Positions 42,674-51,600 of a stretch of DNA of 55,850 nt are shown in pieces (within the stretch, counting starts at the first letter, position 1; each line of letters opens with the position of its first letter). The notes under the pieces are model-generated. The model was not told where the DNA came from. It ran no database searches and worked only from the letters and a program-made list of their open reading frames with translations. The stretch is from a virus, in the IMG/VR virus record IMGVR_UViG_3300017613_000748, one strand, 5' to 3'. The position numbers and the translations under genes were made by a program.

Positions 42674-45600
42674 CGTCCAAACGTCTTAACTTCTTGATAC
42701 CTCTTCTTGAATCGCCCTGCAGTTTCCTTATCAAACAACACATCAGCCTTCTTCAAGGCGTTCCGTAAGCTGGCTGCAGACGGCCTCCACACAGGAACTC
42801 GTCCACTCATCAGCGCAAAAGCATCCTTCTTAGTTATGCCGCTCTTCCGCAAAATCGACCGCACTTGAGCGGGAGATAGACCGCTTTTCCGTGCAGCATG
42901 AATAATCTTACCCATCTCGTCATATGCCTTGCCCCTTAGTTCAGCACTCAAGCCCCACGCATCCCTCAATTCATCCTGAGTTATGCGGTTCGGGTTACGG
43001 ATCACGCGGTTGAGTTTCTTAGTGGCATCTCGTTTGGCGTCCTTGAAATCATAGCTCCGGTAATATAGAGACACCTTTGGATCTAGTGTAGAAACACGCC
43101 AGCCACCCCATGCCATAGCTTCATCAAAAGGTGTGTACTTGCGCCCGGATGGAGATTTTTCACCCCTGATAGCCTTCAGCGTCCTCTCTATATTTGAGGC
43201 CAGCCCAGGCTGTAGATTCTTCCGCAGATGGCCTGCAATATCCTTGGTAATCTCCCACGGCTTATCATGCTCACTGTATACCGGCGCACCAGACCCTTCC
43301 CGCTTATTTGATAGTATTTCAAAGATTGCGCCAGCCGCTATATCTGTACCAAGGAACGGACTCAGCGTTTCCTTAATTACATCATAAGCAGAGTCTTTCC
43401 AGTCCTGATCTCGTATCACCGCAGTAATTGGGCGCTTCCAGTAGTTGTATGGGTCAACAAAGCTGATATCAATATACTGCAGATCCCCGTTTGGTTTTCT
43501 GCCAGTAAAAACCAGGTTACTATTTCTCTGCCAAGGCGCTGCAAGCTGTCTTACGGCCTCCTCTTCATCATCATCTATCCCAACCAGTGTCTTCATCATC
43601 TCTTGAAGCGCATAGGCAAAACTCGACGCTATGGCTAGTCCAGCAGCTCTACGCATGGCAATTGGACGCATACCCGGGGTTTTCATATCCTTTGCCATGT
43701 ATTTCACGATATTGATGGATGTGCGGATGATCTCAGCCGGGAATGAAACAAACGTACCAGCCAGCGGGAATCTGCGTAGTGATTGCATGGCCTTCCCCAC
43801 CATTGAATAGGTTGGGTAGGTGTTTCTGATTCTCTCTGCTGCCTCCTTTTTGGCCTCAGTCTCAGACATCCCAGCATGCTTCATCAGCAACCGTTTTTCA
43901 TTCTCGAAGCCTATTATTTTCCAAAAATCATCACCATATTGATAGAATTGCCTGGCGTTTTTCAGCATAAACTCCACTGAAGACACGGCCTTGCCTTTCT
44001 TCCCCTTCAGCATGTCCTCTATACGGGAGTCATCCAGCAACCGCATCATCTCGCCGGCATAGGGGGTATCGTACACAACCCCTAACTGCTTCATTTCCCG
44101 AAGATACGCCAGCTTAGATCCTTCGCCCTGCTGTGTGAAATATTCCCTCAATCCTGATAACGATTTGGACGCATGGGAAATATCGAAATGCCCATTTGCT
44201 AAGGTAAAGAACATGGCCGACTGCCAGTTTCTCATGGCAGTAGTTGGGGATAGGATGGTTTTACCGAACTTCACCATGCCGTTCATCTGGACAATGGTAC
44301 GATACCAGTTTGCCATTTGCTCTTTGCCAAGAGCATCCCGGAATGCCTGCTCTACTTCAGGGTATGTCCATAGCCCGTTCAGTGGTGCATATGCTTCTGA
44401 GCCGTCTGCAGCGAACTGTTTAGTGGCCTCCGGCGGGCGATCAGTCCCTTCAAACAAGAACTCACCCAATCCGTGCTCACGAACACGATCCAGGAACTTC
44501 TGATTCCAGATTAACCGGCCCATCTTGGTAGCAGACTTAGCAAAGCCCATACGTGGATCAGTGTACTCTCCAAGCAAGGCCCGGATAGCTGGAGCGATCT
44601 GCTTCCGTTTCTTGAGTACAGATAGATCCTTGGCCCCTAGCTTGGATTCCTTAATAAAAGATTCCATGCTGTCATAGGCGGTGCCAGTCTTCACGATCTC
44701 ATGCATGGTTACTTCAGCCAGCCTTGACGCCTCACCCGGAGTTTCGCCATTCTCTTCATACCTGGCACGCAAGTATTCCCTAGCTGTATTCAGGACACCA
44801 TCAGGAATCCGGCTAAACCAAGCCTTATCATCAAATGCGCGATATGACCGATTAACATATGTGCCAATATTTCCAGCGATGGTTTCTAAGAGTGTAGCTT
44901 TTGCCTCTGCTTCCGGTGATCCTTCTTCAGTCAATCGCCGGACATCTTCACTCAGGATGGCGGCATACTGCCCTGACAGACGATCCACATACTGCCGCAT
45001 AGCGTAGATTTCCTGCCGGGCGCCTTCTGGTATTGCTGAATCAACTTCACCGCCCAGCGCCCTTCCTAGAGCCTCAATGGTGCCAGTATCCAGATCCTCA
45101 AACCGCTTACCATAGGCTTTTTTAACTGCCCTCTCCAGTCGCCCCGTCAAATGTCTGACATCAAACTCAACCACCTCAAACTCTGAGTCACGGGCAACCT
45201 TCTCCTTGAACACCGCTTTTGGCAATAATCCACCAGGAGAAAAGTACCGCTTGAGAACCTTCTGGGCCTTATCCCAGAGCGGCATATCTTCTTCTCTCAG
45301 GCGCTGATTCTGTTCCTGAAAAGGATTAGCCTTCTGCTCCCCGCCATCCCCTCTGGCCTTCCGCGAGTACTTCGCCTGAATCTCAACATCTTCATCTGAG
45401 AAGATTACATAGTTGTAGTTGCCTTCGCCCTTGCCTCTGCTTGTCCCATCCAGATACTTAATCCCGCGAATACCGAGAGAATGGAGATATTCTGATGCGG
45501 CTTTCGCTGATTCGGTTTTTCCTGAAGCTGGATCCCGGTCCACCAACTGCCAATATAGATCACCCATGGGTACAGTAATCTCACTAGATGGTGTGCTTCT

Positions 45601-48600
45601 ATACATCTGATATTGGGCGTCCAGGGCCTTTGACGAAATGCCAGGATAGAACTTTGCATAATCTTCTTTTGATATATGGCCCTCGGTCAAAGTGAAAGTG
45701 CCACCCTCTAATTTTGATTTTGGTATCTGCCTGATTATCTCCTGTACCTTCTCGCTCTGTTCACTCAGCGGCTTATCCCACAAAAGGTACTCTTCCTCAG
45801 TCGGGGCTAGTTCTACTTGGTAGAGTTTTCCTGGTCGTACAGACAGGTCATTGAGAGATTTACCAGAGGCGACACGATCCTCAATGATTGATATAAAATT
45901 GCTGTAATCGGATGACTCTGACAGTCTCCCTTGATTTTTTAAGGATGATTCAGCCTCTTTTAATTGATCAAGCGCATATTCAGCATTATGGCTATACCCG
46001 ATCTCTTCGGTAAATTCCTGCAAAACATAATCTTTATAGTTTTTATTTTGATCTCCCATCCACTGCTCAACTAACTCCATATTTGAGTGTATATTCGCAT
46101 TGCTCAAATTCTCACGATACCACTCAGCCACTTCCCTATTCCCGGCAAAGTACAGGCCGTAGCCATACGCCTGTGCGCCCTCACCAGTGCCGATCTTTGA
46201 TGAATCAAACTTGTTATGGTCATGCTGGGAACCGTGCCAAGCCACCATGTAGGCTGGTACAAACTGGCCATTCTCTTCCATAAACCCGGTGTAATTGGTT
46301 TCTGTGTGCTTTGCGGCCTTGACCAACATGCTTTCCAGCATAGCGTTGTCGAAGTTACCTAAGCCGTGTCTAGCCAGCCACATGCGGATTTTGGCCACGA
46401 TCTTACGGACTAGATTAAACTCTGGGTTATTCTCAGCCAGGTGGGCCAGGATTTCCCGGGACTCCTGCGCTTCATCCAGGGTGTATTCGCCGTTCTCGTC
46501 CACGTAATTCTTCTTCAGCTCCGTAACAACAGCATTGATCCGCTTATTGCCCAGGCGCTTCATGTTCTGGATCTGTTTGGTCAGCTGGGTAAATGCTTTC
46601 TTTCCAAGAAGCGTTTCAAGGCCAAGATGGCCTACAACTTCATGGGCCAGGACGGTTCTGGCATCATCTTTAGTGATGTTGTCAGCTACCAGATAGACTT
46701 TTCCATCCACATAGATGCCGCGCACGTCTTCAGGATGCGTCCCCGGGACTTCGCTTACAGACTGGACTGTTTTAACTTTGACCCATTTTCCGAGTTTAGA
46801 GATTGGCTTTTCAAGCCATTGCTCTACTTGGGATTTAGTGGTGCCGGTAGGTGCCGGCCTTGGCTTACGGGAAAAGAACGGTTTACTAGCAGAGCCTAAA
46901 CTTCGCCCACCCTCAGCCATGCTATTGTAAACGCCGTTATCCTCTCTAATAGAATCCAATACTCGCAAATCACTTAAGCGCGTTAAGTAATTGCCCAAAT
47001 TATCCAAAGCGTTATCATGTTCGCCTTTGCCAAAAGTGATAACGGCAGCAGCATTAGTGCTGTCTAGGGTCTTGAGAATGCGATTAACCCGGCCCTCTTT
47101 GCGTAGAGCCTTCATTTCTTCTGGAGAAAGAGTTAGTACGCCAATAACATGGTGTTTATTGTCTAGCAATAAAATGCCGCTCTCGCTATCAATCCCTTGA
47201 ATATATTGTTTCGTCATTTCTGGCTGTGTAAGCTGCGGTCCCTTATCAACCCGTTTGCGCAACATGCGCTCAGTAATAGCTAATGACTTTTTGCGAATGC
47301 CTGGCTTGGCTTCAACATCTCTTATCTTGTTGCCATTGCTCCCCAAAAGCGAAAGCTGTTTCCCAGTACCGGCAATTAGATGCCCGTGGACCCTGATATA
47401 ACTACCATCCAGTGCGTCAGTAATTCGTTTCGTAATTCTTTGGTCGGCAGATGATGGAGTGGTATCACCAGTAGGGTGATTATGCGCAAACCAAACACCC
47501 GCTGCGCCTTTAGTAGCGCCAATGGCTGCCGCAAGTTCCACTGGAGAAACATTGGAGGCATCCTTTACGCCTTTGGTATGCCGAATTACATTCAATACCT
47601 TACCATCCGCATCGGTTACCACGGCCATCATGGTTTCTTGGCCATGCTTACGGATAGGCGCGACCAGATGAGCCGCTTCTTCAGGAGTGGTTATTGCTTC
47701 AAATGCGGACCGGATTTCTCCGACTTCGACTTGCTTGTAACTGACATTGAAATTATCTTTGCTTTGGGTGCTTGCTGTTTCACCAGGTACTCCGCTGGGG
47801 GCGAATAAGTCCCCTTGTGCTGGGGTAGATGTATCAGGTTCCCGTACTTGGTTGGTGTCTCGCTCATTTACTTCGTACCCTTCGTAGACCGCTTCTTGTC
47901 CCTCTCGGCCAGCTTCTTGTCCAGTGTCTTTTGTAGTTGCGCCGCTGCCTCCCGCATCTCCTGTTTCACCTCTGGAGTCCAATCTGGTATGGATGGATCG
48001 TAGTAATTCCTTGATTTTTTCTGCGTCTGCATCAGTTATGTCCTTCGCGTCTGTTAGTCTCTGCTCCAGCGCCTTTACGTCTTTTAGGGCTCCTCTGCCC
48101 CCAGAGAAGTGGTCGGTTAGTGTAATCTGTCCAGCGGCACAACCTATGCCTTTTCCCTTGTCGCAAGATACACAGTCCCAACCTTTCTTTTTACCTGAGT
48201 CGTAAGGGCATACCTTATCTTTAAGCGTAGCAGGGATTTCGTTGATTGTCTCATCAGACGCGCCTAAATCCTTAGTACCCATAACAGGTAACACAACTTG
48301 CACTCTATCTGCATGGGTGGTTAGAAGATCTTCCTCAGCTCCCCCATTCAGGTTCACAGCTAATGGGAGGGTATTACCCTCAACTATGTCCACGTTGGAC
48401 CCGTCAACTGAAAGCATGAGCGCGTTTCTGGAATCAATTTGGCTAAGGAGTTCTGGCTTCTTGGAGAAAACGTGTAGGCGTACGTTGTACCTATTTAACT
48501 GCTTCATAAACTCCACATGCTTAGGAGTTATATCGCCTATATCAAACATTCTAAGCATGGTGGTGCGCCAAGCGCGTCCAGCTCCATAGGCTTTTGATGA

Positions 48601-51600
48601 TCCACTACGGGCGGTTTTGAATTGCTTGAATGTTATAGAAGCTGCCTTCTTCGGGTTTTCCTGTACCAAGAGGTCCACCAACTCAGCCTTAGCCTTAGCG
48701 TTAGGCCATAAGTGCATGCCTGCGCATGCGTAGCAGAATTTGGCGCAGTCCTTCGATGGTTTGCAGTTTATTAGTGATGAATTAACAGCGTTCACAGGTT
48801 TGGACGCATGGCCAATCATACCTGTACGTTTCACGTACTCCCAGGCACCGTCCATCCCATTCTCAGCCAGCTCCTTCGCTAAGGTGCCGTTGTTACGAAG
48901 AGCTAGTGCCTTTTCTGGCTTTAGCTTTCCGCTTATAACATCCAGTATCTCCTGCCTGTATATAAGACTCCGCATAGTCTCTCTGGCCCACGGTGTCCCT
49001 TTGTGTTCTTTCAGTAGATCCTTTAGCTCCTGGGTAGCGAACTTTCTCCAATGGCCTTTCCGTATTCTCTCGTTTACATGGGTGGTAGCAATACCATTCT
49101 CGTAGTCCTGGCTTTTCCTCTCCTCCACTCCTTGCTCTGGCTCTGCTGCAGCCTCGTTAAGGTATTCGACTGATAGCCTAGTCCCTTCTTTAACCTCAAA
49201 CATATCCGCTTCTAATGTACCCCCACTAGCAAACAGATCATCACCCGACTGGGCTTCGGCAGGACGCTCCCCAGCCGGTGAGCGCTTCTCGTCTTTCTCT
49301 TGGGATAGGTCGGCCGCGGCCTGGGTAGTGGTTGTATCATCTCCCAGGAGGTCAGTAGTTTTCTCCAGGGCAAAGGAAGAGTCGATCATACCTTGTTCTT
49401 CCTGATATATTTTCGCTGCTTCTACTTGAACCTCATCCCAGAACTTCCCATCCCTGGATCTGCCTTTTTGACGTGGCCCGCCATAGTATTTTCCTTCGGC
49501 CTTTAGACTTTGTATCTTATTCCCAGCCATTTGCCGCATAGCTTGAGCTTTCACCCATGGCTTGTCAGCATGTTCTGGATCTACCCTTGAAGCATCAAAG
49601 GTTCCTACGTTGTCTCTTGCCCATCTTGCACCCCCAGAAACAGAAACCCCACTCTCTGGCAGGGCCTCTTTTGGCGCAGTTTTTTCACTCAGCATGGACT
49701 CACTAACATTAAGCACCTGCTCAAGCGCGTTAACATGCCCAGCTTTTGCCTTTGGGATATTCAACAGTTTACGGATGATATCAACGAAAGCATCCCAGGC
49801 AGTTGTAGTCTCACCTTTTACTCCAACGTCACTCACCTTAATCTCTATCTCTTTAAGGCGGTTTTGAAATGACTCATTGGAGAAAACTTCAGCAATAAAC
49901 TCCTCTACATTAGTAAATCCGTACTCATCCCTGGCATCTAGCCCCGTCTGATCCATGATGAGTTTGCGCAAAGCGTCTAACTGGTTTCTTACTTCGCTTC
50001 CGCCCACCCACGTTTCATTAGCGGCAGCATGTATTGTCTCATGCATAAGAGTATGAGTAAGCGTAATTTTATGGGCCGTTGATTCAATGAAGGGCCTCAT
50101 ATTTACCATGATGTACGCTTTACTTCCTTTCTCACTGCTGACATATACGCCTAGTTCACCTTTCCGCTCCCTCATCTCTGTCTGAGTCATTGGCCGAATA
50201 GCTATATTTAGATTCAGAGCGCGAATCATTTTTGCTATGTGTTTTATGATCGGATTACTGGTTTTCGCAATAATTACATTTAGTACATCGTTTATCGTGG
50301 CTGAACTATCCTTTTCCATCACAAGGTCTATGAGAGCATCATCTACTGCATTACTACTTTCTTTTTCTCCTGCCGCCTGGCTCTCTGTCTTTTTCTCTGC
50401 TTGCTCTTTCGCTTCAAGTGGTTTCTCCTGTGTCTCTCGAATAATTTCCCGCTGAAAACGCACATGATTTGCGTTTCTTTTCATCGTTCCATGCCGAATC
50501 ACTACACTATCTGAAACTTCTTCTGTGTTCTCAATAGTGAAACTGTAGGCCCCTTCAGAGCGCCGGCCGTGTTCTGCGCCGTACTTCTTTAGCTTATCCA
50601 TCATGTGCTTAGGCAGGTTGCCGGTAAATATCCATGATTCAACTTCAGCGCCATCTTCAGTAGATGTTGCACGCTCTGCTTTGTCCATCAGCCATTTAAT
50701 AGCTGGTTGGTTTAATGCAGATTCATGTTTTGATTGATCAGCAACCTCCTCTTTCTTCTCTTTTGGCGCTATCTCTTTGGTTTTGCTGGGTTCTTTTGAT
50801 TGACGAGTAATTGATTCCAACGCACCACGAACACTCTCAGCTTGATTCTTCCCAAACCGCAGCCCATCACGCATAGGCAGGCCCTTGACCTCGATGCCGG
50901 CCTCTTTCAGCTTGGCTCGAATAGCCTCTTTGTCACCCTTTACGATAATGCCGTCATTTTTGGCTGGGGTGATTTCAAAGGCTCCACGTGATTCCTTGAA
51001 TGCTTGTTGGATTTCTTCGTACAGCCGATCAATCGCACGGTTTCCAGGAATAGATTGATCAGCGCCTTCTATCCTTGGCCATAACTCGTTAAGGAGGTTT
51101 TCAAGATGATCTGGGTTGGTTTTATTATTCTCGAAATCAGCTCGTATATCACGCATGCCGCGCTCAGACTTGCTTTTTGACTCCCCCTTTTTAGGTTGCT
51201 GATCGCGTTTCTTTTTCCCTTCTCTGGACCGTCTATCCCTTTCGGCAAATAATGGATCAGTCTTTACAGCCTCATATTCACGCCCGGTATCACTGCGATC
51301 AGTAAAAACTAGCCCAGCCTTACGCAAAGCCTGCTGTTCTTCAGGTGTAAAAATGTTTAACGGCGCTGAAAAAGTATCGCCGTAATCTGCTGCAGCAACC
51401 AATGCACCATCTGGTACTTTTTTGGCTGTTTTTTCTGCTATAGCATCGGTCTTTTTAGTCCGCCGATTGATAACATATTCATTCAACTCTTCATTGCGAG
51501 CGCCTATTTCCCCTCGCATGGTTTCATACTGCTCCCAATACGGATCAAGTGATGGGTCATTACCATCTACACCAGAATCAATAGCTTCATTGATATATTT

